From the sequence record SRR22947725_1805: 64,000 bases of DNA. One strand, written 5' to 3'. A program made the position numbers and the translations under genes. The notes below the pieces were generated by a model that saw only the letters and a program-made list of their open reading frames with translations, was not told the DNA's origin and searched no databases. Shown piece after piece: positions 27,250 to 37,062 of the stretch. Numbering within the stretch: the stretch's first letter is position 1; the number at the start of each line of letters is the position of its first letter.

Positions 27250-28415
27250 GAGACGTAATTCTTCACGTCTTGCCGCTTTTCCCAACCCTCGTTGTAGAGA
27301 GCTAACCGGCCTCCAGTGCGGGGGTGCTCCAGTGCGACAGCTTCATTGAGCTCGATCCCCAACCCGGGTTTCATGGGTTTTGCGAACGCTCCTGTTTTTT
27401 CGTCGACGCGAGGTGCGTCGGACACCAGATCGTGCACCCACGGGTCAGCGAAGTCGTTGAAATGCTCCAACACCTTGACATTCGGAGCGGCGATGCAGCA
27501 GTGCAAAGCGGCCGCCGTTCCAATGGGGCCACACACGTTGTGCGGCGCAAGTTGCACGTTGTAGGCATCGGTCCAGCCAACGAGGCGCATGAACCCGGTA
27601 ATTCCGCCATGGTGGGTGACGTCAATTTGCACGATGTCGACCAGATTTTCCTCGAGGAACGGGCGGAGCTCCGCAGCGTGATGGATTCGCTCACCCAAGG
27701 CAATTGGGTACGTGGTCGCGGCCCTCACCTGTCGCAAACCTCCGAGGTCTAGTGGCAGAGTCGGTTCCTCGAGCCAGCCAGGTTCGATCTGTTCGGCATC
27801 GGCGACAACTCTCGCTGCTGCTGCGCCGGTGAAGCGCCCATGCATTTCGACGAAGATTTCGATGTCGGGGCCAACGGCATCTCGGACAGCGTGGAGGATG
27901 TCTTGGGACGTGCGGTGCTCTTGGCGACTGAGAGCGCTTGCTGAAGCACCAAAGGGATCGATTTTGAGCCCTCGATATCCTCTCTCCACGACTTTGTTGG
28001 CCATCTCCCCGATGAGCTTGGGGTCCCGATCGCCTTGATACCACCCGTTGGCGTAGGCCGGTACTTCGTCACGGAAGGCACCTCCAAGGAGCTTCCAAAT
28101 TGGTTGACCCAGAGCTTTGCCCATGACATCCCAGCAGGCGATGTCAAAAGCGGCGAGCGCGGATTGGCCCACCTCGCCGGGGAGCCCATATTCGGCCACT
28201 TGAATGTTCCAGGCCAGCCGGGACACATCGAAGGGGTCCATTCCGATGACATAGCGCTCTGCCAATTCGTTGATTGCAGCGACGAGAGTGTCGGTCTTGT
28301 TCACCATCCGCACCTCGCCAAGTCCGGTGATTCCCTCGTCGGTCTGAACTTGAACGATGGTGAGTTCGCGCCATGGCGCACCGACCACTAGTGTTCGGAA
28401 GCCCGTGATTTTCAT
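27246..28415 (-). CDS. mandelate racemase family acid-sugar dehydratase (galactonate/gluconate dehydratase-like)
   Basis: DIACWDVMGK, YANGWY, KIDPF, EMHG, WLEEP, LGER, APHN. Confidence 0.87.
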   Translation of the reverse strand: MKITGFRTLVVGAPWRELTIVQVQTDEGITGLGEVRMVNKTDTLVAAINELAERYVIGMDPFDVSRLAWNIQVAEYGLPGEVGQSALAAFDIACWDVMGKALGQPIWKLLGGAFRDEVPAYANGWYQGDRDPKLIGEMANKVVERGYRGLKIDPFGASASALSRQEHRTSQDILHAVRDAVGPDIEIFVEMHGRFTGAAAARVVADAEQIEPGWLEEPTLPLDLGGLRQVRAATTYPIALGERIHHAAELRPFLEENLVDIVQIDVTHHGGITGFMRLVGWTDAYNVQLAPHNVCGPIGTAAALHCCIAAPNVKVLEHFNDFADPWVHDLVSDAPRVDEKTGAFAKPMKPGLGIELNEAVALEHPRTGGRLALYNEGWEKRQDVKNYVS

Positions 28416-29260
28416 TGTTGTCCTTTCAGTGCTGGGGTGGGTTGTGGGGATTGGTCACGCGCGGTGTTGTCCGGAGCTGTTGTACCTTTGGCCAAATAGG
28501 TTTTCAAATCCTTTTCCGATTGCTGAAGATGTTCACGCATCGCGTTCATGGCTTTCCTGGCGTCTCGCGCTTCAATGAACTGGAAGATTTTGAGGTGCGC
28601 CCGGTAGGGATCGAGAGCGGAGCCACCCCGAGAGGCGTTTCCTTCGAAAGAGGCATCAAATGCCCGCAGTAGGGAATCTTCGAGTGCTTCGAGAACATGT
28701 GCCAACATGCGATTCCCCGAGGACAGGGCGATAGCTTCGTGAAAAGATACGTCCGCTCTTTGGAATTCAGCCCGAGCGATGGTTTTCTGCTCATCTGAGC
28801 TGGTGGCATCTATGAGGATGTCGGCAGATTCCTTCATCGCCCGCAGGCATGCCTCCATCGCCGTCAGACCGGCCCTGGTGACTTTTCGCGCCGCAAGTCC
28901 CACGCTTTGAACTTCCAGAGCGCGGCGTACTTCGACGAGTTCCAAGAGAGCACTCGGGTCACGTCGCACATAGGACACAAAGATGCTCGAAATGACCTCA
29001 CTCGAGGGTTCGGTCACAACAGCTTTGCGACCCTGCCTGATTTCCGCGAGACCGCGCCCCGCGAGGACTTTCAGGGCCTCTCGAACGGTGAGCCGACTCA
29101 CCCCAAACTGTTCAGCAAGAGCCGCTTCAGCAGGAAGACTGGCTCCAATGGGGAGCGATTCGACGACCGTTTGCAACACTGAAACAAGCTGAAATGTTGA
29201 TTCGCCGACAGAGCGCACGGGAGTGGAGTGACGCCTTAAAGCGCCCAAACTTCTGGTCAC
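28412..29260 (-). CDS. FadR/GntR family regulator
   Basis: LPAEAALAEQFGVSRLTVREAL and FCD domain (EVRRALE, DVSFH, SGN, H). Start uncertain. Confidence 0.9.
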   Translation of the reverse strand: MTRSLGALRRHSTPVRSVGESTFQLVSVLQTVVESLPIGASLPAEAALAEQFGVSRLTVREALKVLAGRGLAEIRQGRKAVVTEPSSEVISSIFVSYVRRDPSALLELVEVRRALEVQSVGLAARKVTRAGLTAMEACLRAMKESADILIDATSSDEQKTIARAEFQRADVSFHEAIALSSGNRMLAHVLEALEDSLLRAFDASFEGNASRGGSALDPYRAHLKIFQFIEARDARKAMNAMREHLQQSEKDLKTYLAKGTTAPDNTARDQSPQPTPALKGQQ

Positions 29261-29284
29261 GTGAACTCCTCCTCGAGCACTCAG

Positions 29285-29435
29285 CCTATCAGATAGGTTA
29301 GCGCCGCTTCCAGACTAGGATAAAAAATTATCGGCCGACGACCGGCTTCCTGTCAATGAATCTATAACTATTCGGTTACAGCAAACTATTCCTAATAGGA
29401 ATCAAGTTGACATCTTGTCTGATATTCAACACAAT
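29285..29435 (+). promoter_or_regulatory. divergent promoter region with sigma70-type promoter and candidate FadR operators
   Basis: TTGACA (29407-29412), 17-nt spacer, CACAAT (29430-29435); palindromes CCTATC-A-GATAGG (29285-29297) and CTATT-CCT-AATAG (29386-29398). Confidence 0.65.
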
Positions 29436-29486
29436 AGCGTCTACTGAAGGTCCACACCGGATCTTCGTATTGTGAAAGGAAGGTTC

Positions 29487-30557
29487 ATGATAACTCTTGC
29501 TACCAAAAAGAGGTTAACAATCGGCATCTCAGCGGCGCTGCTGTTGGCGACGGTTGGATGTACAACCGCCACCACCGCGGAAGACACGAGTGCTGCTGGT
29601 GGCGACTCAGATGCAACTGAAGCGGTTGCGCCCTCTGGCGAAACTGGTTGGTGCAGCGGCGTCAAGATTGCTGCATTCCCCGGTGGCCCACAGGGTGGTG
29701 TCTTCGCCAACAACGTGTACAACGGTTTCCAGCAGGCTGAGGCTGACCTGGGAGCTGACGTAACGTACTACTTCTCTGACTGGGACGCTGCAAAGCTCGT
29801 CTCTCAGGGTAAGGAAGCTCTCTCAACCGACATTGACGGCATCGCTACCTATGGTTTCGGTGGCGAGGATGCCATGGGGCAGCTGGCTGATGAGGCCTTC
29901 GAAAAGGGCATTATCTTCACGACCCTGAACACCGAACTTCCTGACACCTTTGCTTCTTACCAGGCTGAGGGAAGTGGCTTCGTAGGAGCAATCAACTACA
30001 ACGCCGGATACGATCTCGCCGCCAAGACTGTCCAGGAAGCTGGTCTGGTTTCAGGTGACGAGGTTCTCGTCTGGGGTCTCGTGTCCCTGCCAGGTCGTGG
30101 CGACAGGACTCAGGGTGTTATTGATGCCTTCGAAGAGGCTGGCCTCACCGTGGTCTATCAAGAAATTGATCAGGCCACTAACGCTGACCCCCAGGCCGGT
30201 ACGCCGACCTTTGTTGGTTTGCTCGGAGCCAACCCGGGAATCAAGGCAGTTGTCACCGACCACGGTGGACTCACTGCAACTCTTGAGACCTACCTGACCG
30301 CTGCTGGTAAGGGACCGGATGACGTTTACGGAGCAGGCTTCGATGTCTCTCCTGCAACCGTCACCGCGATCGAATCCGGCTACACGGACCTGGTCATTGA
30401 CCAGCAGCCGTTCCTTCAGGGTTACATTCCTATCCTGAACATTTGCTTGACTGAAAAGTTTGGTTTCTCCGGACTCTTCATCAACACTGGTGCTGGATTC
30501 GTAACCCAGGACAACGTGGCAGCTGTTGCACCGTTGGCTGCGGTTGAAATCCGCTAA
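29487..30557 (+). CDS. monosaccharide ABC transporter substrate-binding lipoprotein (CUT2/RbsB-like)
   Basis: Lipobox TVGC, AGFD, IDQQPFLQGY; AAGGAAGG SD. Confidence 0.88.
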   Translation: MITLATKKRLTIGISAALLLATVGCTTATTAEDTSAAGGDSDATEAVAPSGETGWCSGVKIAAFPGGPQGGVFANNVYNGFQQAEADLGADVTYYFSDWDAAKLVSQGKEALSTDIDGIATYGFGGEDAMGQLADEAFEKGIIFTTLNTELPDTFASYQAEGSGFVGAINYNAGYDLAAKTVQEAGLVSGDEVLVWGLVSLPGRGDRTQGVIDAFEEAGLTVVYQEIDQATNADPQAGTPTFVGLLGANPGIKAVVTDHGGLTATLETYLTAAGKGPDDVYGAGFDVSPATVTAIESGYTDLVIDQQPFLQGYIPILNICLTEKFGFSGLFINTGAGFVTQDNVAAVAPLAAVEIR

Positions 30558-30583
30558 GCACCCTTAGCAAATACCATCGAGAT

Positions 30584-30616
30584 GCTGGGGGTCACCCGTT
30601 ACGGGTGGCCCCTAGC
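30584..30616 (+). terminator. stem-loop after the SBP gene (mRNA stabiliser or partial terminator)
   Basis: GCTGGGGGTCACCCG-TTA-CGGGTGGCCCCTAGC, 15-bp stem with two G-U pairs. Confidence 0.65.
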
Positions 30617-30640
30617 TTCCCCACGTCAGGAGGAACTGTA

Positions 30641-31420
30641 ATGAGCGACACCGCGGTCGTGACACCAGTAATTGAACTCAAGAACGTTAGTAAGACTTTT
30701 GGAGAAGTTCAGTCCATCAAGGACATCGATTTCCACATCAATGCAGGCGAGATTGTCGGGCTTCTTGGCGACAACGGTGCCGGGAAATCTACTCTCATCA
30801 AAACCATCATGGGATTCCACACTCCTGATCCCGGTGGAGAGATTTACTTTAAGGGCGAGCTTCTGAAGGACTGGAACGTCCATAAAGCCCGCGATATTGG
30901 TATCGAGACCGTGTACCAGGAACGCGCACTGTGTGATCAGCAGTCAATTTGGCGCAACATGTTTATGGGCCGCGAGCGTCGAGGCAAGCTCGGTTTGTTG
31001 GACGTTGCGGGGATGCGAAAAGAAGCAGCCCGCCTCATGAGTGAGCACATGGGGTTCACCTCGAATGCTGTGCACCCCGAAAACACCGTCATGACGATGT
31101 CCGGCGGTGAGAAACAGGGTGTTGCGATCGCAAGGGCTTTGTATTTCCACGCAGAGGTCGTCATCTTGGACGAACCAACCATGGGTTTGTCACTCTCGGA
31201 GACCAAGAAGACCCTGAACTTTATCCGCTCCATCAAGGAGGCTGGAAAGAGTGCGATATTCATCGATCACAACATTTTCCATGTCTATCCCGTGGTGGAC
31301 CGCATCATTATTCTCGACCGTGGCTCCATCGCCGCAAGTCTTGTCAAGGATGAAATTCCGATTGAAAATCTGATGGAAGGCCTGCAACATTTGGCCCGTA
31401 CAGGAAGCTGGAGCGCATAA
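30641..31420 (+). CDS. sugar ABC transporter ATP-binding protein (single NBD)
   Basis: GDNGAGKS, MSGGE, ILDEPT, DHN; AGGAGG SD. Confidence 0.93.
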   Translation: MSDTAVVTPVIELKNVSKTFGEVQSIKDIDFHINAGEIVGLLGDNGAGKSTLIKTIMGFHTPDPGGEIYFKGELLKDWNVHKARDIGIETVYQERALCDQQSIWRNMFMGRERRGKLGLLDVAGMRKEAARLMSEHMGFTSNAVHPENTVMTMSGGEKQGVAIARALYFHAEVVILDEPTMGLSLSETKKTLNFIRSIKEAGKSAIFIDHNIFHVYPVVDRIIILDRGSIAASLVKDEIPIENLMEGLQHLARTGSWSA

Positions 31421-31421
31421 C

Positions 31422-32468
31422 GTGGCAATTGATGAAACCTACCTGGCCCAAGAACCCTCGGGAGACTCTCGGGCTGACGCAGAAGAAGTAAAGGCCGACC
31501 GCTCGAAGCCGCCATCGGTGTGGCGCAGATTTGGGCTCCAAATCGGCATCGGAGCCGTCGGAGCACTCATTTGGTTGCTGTTCCTGATTTCGGCGCCGGT
31601 GGTCTTCTTGAAGCCCTCCATCTACCTCGCGTTCGCCTCCACGACGCCTCTGTTCCTCATCATCGCCCTGGCCTTGACCTTCGTGATCATCACCGGGGAG
31701 ATAGACCTCTCCTTCCCCGCGGTGATGGCCTTATCGATGGTGTCGTTCACCTGGGTATTCCAAAACGGTGGATTCTTGGGAATGGCATTCCTTGCCGCCA
31801 TTGTGACAGGAGCCCTAGCGGGAGCCTTCAACGGCTACCTTGTGGGCAAAATGGGCATACCTGCGGTGGTGATCACCATTGGGACGAGCTTCCTGTTCAG
31901 AGGGTTAGAACTCGCGGCAATGTCCGGGAGTGGTTTCCCCCTCACCGACCCCGCAATGGACCCACTCAAGCAGGTGTTAGTGGGCAGGTGGTTCTTCGGA
32001 ATCCCGATGCAGTTCATTTGGGTTGTGATTTTCGCTATCCTCCTGTGGGCTTTGCTCAACCGCACCAGGTTCGGTTCGCACGTGTTCCTCATTGGTGACA
32101 ATGCGACATCGGCCAAGCTGATGGGTGTCAACGTGATGTGGACCAAAGTCGGCGTCTTCATGCTCGTCGGTGCGATGGCAGCCTTCGCGGGTATGGTCGC
32201 ATCATTTGAGGTGAGCTACTTCTGGCCCACACTGGGAGAAGGAACTCTGCTCAACACCATTGCCGCGGTATTCGTGGGAGGGACAAGTCCCTTCGGCGGG
32301 GCTGGAAGCATCTTCGGGACGCTGATTGGCGGGCTCATCATCGGTGCATTGAACGCGGGAATTGTGTCGGCAGGTATTAATGCCTTCTGGACCCAGGCTG
32401 TGTTCGGCTTCGTGATTGTGGTCTCCCTGATTATGCAGGTCGTCATTCAGAAGCGCGTCCGCAACTAA
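31422..32468 (+). CDS. sugar ABC transporter permease (RbsC family)
   Basis: GEIDLS, RTRFG..IGDN, IAAVFVGGTS. Confidence 0.92.
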   Translation: MAIDETYLAQEPSGDSRADAEEVKADRSKPPSVWRRFGLQIGIGAVGALIWLLFLISAPVVFLKPSIYLAFASTTPLFLIIALALTFVIITGEIDLSFPAVMALSMVSFTWVFQNGGFLGMAFLAAIVTGALAGAFNGYLVGKMGIPAVVITIGTSFLFRGLELAAMSGSGFPLTDPAMDPLKQVLVGRWFFGIPMQFIWVVIFAILLWALLNRTRFGSHVFLIGDNATSAKLMGVNVMWTKVGVFMLVGAMAAFAGMVASFEVSYFWPTLGEGTLLNTIAAVFVGGTSPFGGAGSIFGTLIGGLIIGALNAGIVSAGINAFWTQAVFGFVIVVSLIMQVVIQKRVRN

Positions 32469-32485
32469 GCAGTGCAGATTCGAGA

Positions 32486-33388
32486 GTGAATAACGTGACC
32501 GTTAACAGCTCTCTGGGAGGTGCGGGAATCTTTGATTCCCGCACCTGCACCCTAGGGGAGGGCCCGATCTGGCACCCAGAATCGGGCCGGGTGCTCTGGG
32601 TGGATATTCTCCAGAATGCGGTCCACTGGCGCCGCCTTGGCGACGGGACTTCTGGCTCATTCTCGATGCCCTCGAATGTCGGAGCTTTTCTTCCTCGAGA
32701 CGATGGAACATGGCTCGCTCTCCTGCAGGACGGAGCCTATTCCTTCGACGAGACTCGATCATCCTGTGACCTCATTGCGCTATTCCCTCACCAGCTGCCG
32801 CCGGAAAACGGTGTTGCTCGGATGAGAGCTAACGACGCTGCGGTGTCCCCCTGGGGCCAGGTGGTCTGCGGAACGATGCCCTACGACGTCGAGGCTTTCC
32901 CGCGAACGGCTCAGCTCTATCACCTGGAGGGCACGAACCTGACAACCCTGGTGGATGGCATGACAATCAGTAACGGCATTGGCTGGTCACCGGATGACTC
33001 CCAGATGTATTACGTGGATACGCCCACCGGACGCATCGATGTTTTCGATTGCTCGCCATCTCTCGAGCTCTCCCACCGTCGCGTTTTTGCCACCGTTGAC
33101 GATAGCTTGGGCTGGCCCGATGGCTTAGCCGTCGATCGAGATGGGTTTGTCTGGTTGGCGTTATGGGGTGGGAGCCGGGTTCAGAGGTTCGCCCCGGACG
33201 GATCACTCGCGGGATATGTGGAGGTCCCCTGCACTAACGTCACCAGCTGTGCTTTTGTGGGCGATGACCTCTCCCGACTCGTCATCACCACCTCGCAGCT
33301 TGACCACGAAGGTGATGAGGCCGCCGGCAAGACCTACATTTTTGATACGAAGACCGCGGGCCTCCCCCTCGTCGCGGCGGGGGTATGA
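32486..33388 (+). CDS. SMP-30/gluconolactonase family sugar lactonase
   Basis: LGEGPIW, RAND, ISNGIGWSPD, PDGLAVD. Confidence 0.92.
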   Translation: MNNVTVNSSLGGAGIFDSRTCTLGEGPIWHPESGRVLWVDILQNAVHWRRLGDGTSGSFSMPSNVGAFLPRDDGTWLALLQDGAYSFDETRSSCDLIALFPHQLPPENGVARMRANDAAVSPWGQVVCGTMPYDVEAFPRTAQLYHLEGTNLTTLVDGMTISNGIGWSPDDSQMYYVDTPTGRIDVFDCSPSLELSHRRVFATVDDSLGWPDGLAVDRDGFVWLALWGGSRVQRFAPDGSLAGYVEVPCTNVTSCAFVGDDLSRLVITTSQLDHEGDEAAGKTYIFDTKTAGLPLVAAGV

Positions 33389-34305
33389 CGATGACTGCTC
33401 CCACGGTCACCGGAGTCTGTCCTGTCCTCTCCGCAGCCTTCGATGACGACGGCGCAGTTGATCTCTCCGGTTTTGCATCCCTGTGTCGTTATGTAGTGGA
33501 TTCCGGGGTTAAGTCCTTGATGGTGTTTGGCGTTGCGACAGAGAATTCGAAGCTGAACGATCAGGAAAGAGACGCGATGCTCGAGACTCTGGTCCGAGAG
33601 CGCGGGAGCGCGCCGGTGGCGATTGTGGCGACCGTGGCTGACCATTCCACTGAATTGGCTATGGCCAGGGCACACGCGTGGGTTGAAGCAGGTGCCGATG
33701 CCATCAATATCCTGCCCTCCTACTTTCTTGCCCCACCGCAACCGGAGGTGCTCCGCCACCTGTCCTCGATCCTGGACTCCGTATCAGTACCCGTGATCAT
33801 CCAGTCCTTGCCCTCGGGGGGTAACGAGGTGTCGCTGCGCGACATCGTCGCGCTGCACGCAGAACACCCCAACCTCACGCAGGTGAAAGTGGAGAACACC
33901 CCCGCAGCGGACCTCATCCGAGATGTCACCCGATTCTCTGCGGGACAGGTGTCCTCACTCGTGGGCTGGGGAGGACTCGAATGGGAAGAAGCGGCTCAGG
34001 CAGGTGCACTCGGCGTTCAACCCGGCTGCTCCTTTATCGAGTTGTATCTCGATGCCCAGGCCTACCTGGAATCTGACGATCACGAGGGTTTTGCCCGCGC
34101 CTTCAGCCCCCTTCGCCCTGCGCTGACATCCTGGATGCGCCATCCCGAGGTGCTGATTGCGATCGAGAAGCACATTCTGAGGGAACGAGGAATCATTTCC
34201 TCACCGAGAACCCGTCACCCCTCCGCCACGCTGAGTGCTGATGATTATGCCTTTGCGGATCAGATTCTGTCTCTTCTTGCAAGCAGGGGCGTGACAGTTG
34301 ACTGA
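33385..34305 (+). CDS. DHDPS/NAL family lyase (keto-deoxy-sugar-acid aldolase or dehydratase)
   Basis: FDDDGAVD, FGVATE, Schiff-base Lys in VKVE; IIQ where DapA has the catalytic Tyr. Confidence 0.82.
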   Translation: MTMTAPTVTGVCPVLSAAFDDDGAVDLSGFASLCRYVVDSGVKSLMVFGVATENSKLNDQERDAMLETLVRERGSAPVAIVATVADHSTELAMARAHAWVEAGADAINILPSYFLAPPQPEVLRHLSSILDSVSVPVIIQSLPSGGNEVSLRDIVALHAEHPNLTQVKVENTPAADLIRDVTRFSAGQVSSLVGWGGLEWEEAAQAGALGVQPGCSFIELYLDAQAYLESDDHEGFARAFSPLRPALTSWMRHPEVLIAIEKHILRERGIISSPRTRHPSATLSADDYAFADQILSLLASRGVTVD

Positions 34306-35260
34306 GCACAGCAACAGAGACTCAAGAGACCTTGTTGTGCTGGGCGAAGCGCTGGTGGGTCTTGTGCCGGAGGAGCACGGTGTCGTTCGCCGCAGTGAAA
34401 CTCTCCGACGATTTACCGTGGGTGCGGAGGTCAACGTCGCTGTCGCAGCGTCACGGCTTGGACATCGAGTGAGCTGGATTGGCCGAGTAGGGGAGGACCT
34501 TTCGGGAGAGGCAATTCTCGATGACCTGCGGCGCGAAGGGGTCCTCATCGACCATGTGCGCCGTGACACGAGCGCCCCCACTGGTCTCCTGCTCAGAGAA
34601 AAGTCTCCTTTGGGTGCAACACGTGTTTCCTACGTCAGAAAGGGCAGCGCGGGTTCGCTCGTCAGCGACGAGGACATCGACGAGAAGTTCGTTGCCCTTC
34701 ACAAGATGGCGCATGTGTCCGGAGTCACACCGGCTCTTAGCCCCTCAGCCCTTCGCGCAGCTGACACATTCTTGCGGGTCGCGCGAGACGCAGGGGTAAC
34801 CACTGTTTTTGATCTGAACTACCGGTCCAAGCTCTGGTCTGCCGACGATGCTGCGCCCGCCCTGGCTGGGCTTGCTAACAAAGCCGACATTGTGATGGGG
34901 GGAGCTGCCGAATGGACACTAGCTTTCGGTAGCGACGACCTGAGAAAAATCTCCCTCGCCTCAGCATCAGTTCTGGTGCGCACCGATGGGCCCCACCCGG
35001 TAACGGCGCTCGTGGAGGGACAGCTGATCTCACAGGACACGATGACGACGCACGTCGTCGATGTCGTGGGTGCGGGAGACGCGTTCGTCGGGGGAGTTTT
35101 ATCAGCACGATTGGCCGGAGCCGATTGGCCAAGCGCCCTGCGACAAGGAACCTACTGCGGTGCGCGAGTGGTCTCCAGTTTCGGTGACTGGACGAATCTT
35201 CCCTGGGGGACACACGGTCTGGTGACGGGTCCACTCGATGAGCAGGAAGTCCTCCGATGA
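34298..35260 (+). CDS. kdgK: PfkB family 2-keto-3-deoxygluconate kinase-like sugar kinase
   Basis: GAEVNVA, FDLNYRSKLW, DVVGAGDAF; adjacent to eda. Confidence 0.8.
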   Translation: MTEHSNRDSRDLVVLGEALVGLVPEEHGVVRRSETLRRFTVGAEVNVAVAASRLGHRVSWIGRVGEDLSGEAILDDLRREGVLIDHVRRDTSAPTGLLLREKSPLGATRVSYVRKGSAGSLVSDEDIDEKFVALHKMAHVSGVTPALSPSALRAADTFLRVARDAGVTTVFDLNYRSKLWSADDAAPALAGLANKADIVMGGAAEWTLAFGSDDLRKISLASASVLVRTDGPHPVTALVEGQLISQDTMTTHVVDVVGAGDAFVGGVLSARLAGADWPSALRQGTYCGARVVSSFGDWTNLPWGTHGLVTGPLDEQEVLR

Positions 35261-35898
35261 CCCTCCAGACTGTTATGGATCAGATTGCTCGCTCTCGAGT
35301 GGTCGCGATTCTTCGCCTCCAGAACTCCCACGAAGCTCACGAACTGGGTAAGGCCATCATTTCTGGTGGACTCCCCGTTGTCGAGGTGTCCTTGAACACC
35401 CCCGGAGCTGTAGACGCGATCGAGCGACTGGCGAAGGACACCGAGGGGATCATCGGAGCGGGCACAGTTCTGGACGTGTCCGATGTGGCTCGGGTGGCCA
35501 AGGCAGGAGCTCACTTTATGGTGACGCCCAATCTCAATCCTGATGTGGTGAAAGCCGGACTGGACGCGGGTCTGATGGTTGGCCCTGGCGTTTTCACGGC
35601 AACAGAATGTCATCAGGCCATCACCCTGGGAGCTCACGCTCTTAAGTTGTTTCCCGCCGCGCAGGCGGGAATCTCGGGGTTTAGGGCGCTGCGGGATCCT
35701 TTTCCTGATGCAGTCTGGTTGCCCACCGGAGGAGTATCGGAGTCCACCATGAGTGACTGGCTCAACGCTGGGGCGCTTGCGGTAGGAATTGGCTCGGCTC
35801 TGACCAGCGGGGATGCGGACCATGCGATGCGGACTGCCCGGCGAATTGCCGACATCGTCGAGAGCCTTGAGTCGCCCGGGCACGAGGAGGTCAGGTAG
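35257..35898 (+). CDS. eda: KDPG/KHG (2-keto-3-deoxy-6-phospho-aldonate) aldolase
   Basis: VAILR, EVSL, IGAGTVL, TATE, LKLFPA, PTGGV. Confidence 0.9.
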   Translation: MTLQTVMDQIARSRVVAILRLQNSHEAHELGKAIISGGLPVVEVSLNTPGAVDAIERLAKDTEGIIGAGTVLDVSDVARVAKAGAHFMVTPNLNPDVVKAGLDAGLMVGPGVFTATECHQAITLGAHALKLFPAAQAGISGFRALRDPFPDAVWLPTGGVSESTMSDWLNAGALAVGIGSALTSGDADHAMRTARRIADIVESLESPGHEEVR

Positions 35899-37062
35899 AT
35901 GCACATCACGAAAGTCAGTGCGATGCTGGTCAACGCACATCTCAGGAACTGGGTATTTGTGAGAGTGGACACGAGTGAACCTGGGCTCTATGGGTTGGGC
36001 GAAGCCACACTGGAGTTTCAGTCCCGAGCAGTAGCGGCACGAGTTGACGAGTTCGAAGAATTACTGCTGAACAAGGACCCGCGGGATATCGCCATGCTCT
36101 GGGAAGCAATGTTCCGGTACCCCTTCTTCCGCGGGGGCGCCGTCACAATGTCGGCAATCAGCGGAATTGACCAGGCTTTGCATGACATCCAGGCGAAAGC
36201 TCTCGGTGTTCCCCTGTGGCGTGTGCTCGGTGGGCTTGCTCGCACCAGGGTGCAAATGTATGACCACGTCGGGGGCGGAGATTCGTCTGCCGTTTATGGT
36301 GATCTTGATGAGGGCATAGCCGAACGAGTCTCCGCGAGTAAAGCGGAGGGGTTCAGCGCAATCAAAATTCTCGCGGTGCCGCAGACCCGCGCCATTGATG
36401 GCATAGGGGCTCTCCGTGAAGCGGAGAGAATTATGCACTCGGCGCGCGAGGCGGGTGGTGACGACATGGACATCATGGTCGATTTTCACGGTCGAACCAC
36501 GTCTGCGATGGCCATCCAATATGCGAAAGTCCTCGAACCGTTTAACCCGTTCTTCATTGAGGAAGTAGTTGGTCCAGAAATCCCGGCCCGGGAAATGGCG
36601 CGCGTGGCGCAGTCCACCGTTATTCCTGTCGCCGCGGGGGAGCGCCTCTTCCATCGCAAAGAGTTCCTCGCTTTGCTAGAAGTTGGGGCCATTAGTGTGG
36701 CGCAGCCGGATGTGTGCCATGCCGGAGGAATAACAGAGACGATGAGGATCGGGGCCCTTGCTGGCGCCTTCGGGGCCCACCTTGCTCCGCACAATCCCTT
36801 GGGACCGATTGCCACGATGGTGAATATTCATCTCGGCTTTGCTCTGCCCAACTTTATGATCCAGGAAGTAATGCGCAACGATGTTCCCTGGCGATACGAC
36901 GTCGTCAAGGGGTCGGTCCCGATCATTGACGGTTTCGTCTCGCCACCCCAGGCACCAGGTATTGGGGTAGAAATTGATGAGAAGGCCGCGGCTCTCCACC
37001 CGTATGAGGCAAGTCAGCCGGTTCAATGGACGCATGCGGATGGGAGTGTAGCGGAATGGTGA
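35899..37062 (+). CDS. dgoD: galactonate dehydratase-like enolase-superfamily enzyme
   Basis: GLGEATLE, SGIDQALHDI, DFHGR, FIEE, AGER, QPD, APHNPLGP, IQE. Confidence 0.78.
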   Translation: MHITKVSAMLVNAHLRNWVFVRVDTSEPGLYGLGEATLEFQSRAVAARVDEFEELLLNKDPRDIAMLWEAMFRYPFFRGGAVTMSAISGIDQALHDIQAKALGVPLWRVLGGLARTRVQMYDHVGGGDSSAVYGDLDEGIAERVSASKAEGFSAIKILAVPQTRAIDGIGALREAERIMHSAREAGGDDMDIMVDFHGRTTSAMAIQYAKVLEPFNPFFIEEVVGPEIPAREMARVAQSTVIPVAAGERLFHRKEFLALLEVGAISVAQPDVCHAGGITETMRIGALAGAFGAHLAPHNPLGPIATMVNIHLGFALPNFMIQEVMRNDVPWRYDVVKGSVPIIDGFVSPPQAPGIGVEIDEKAAALHPYEASQPVQWTHADGSVAEW

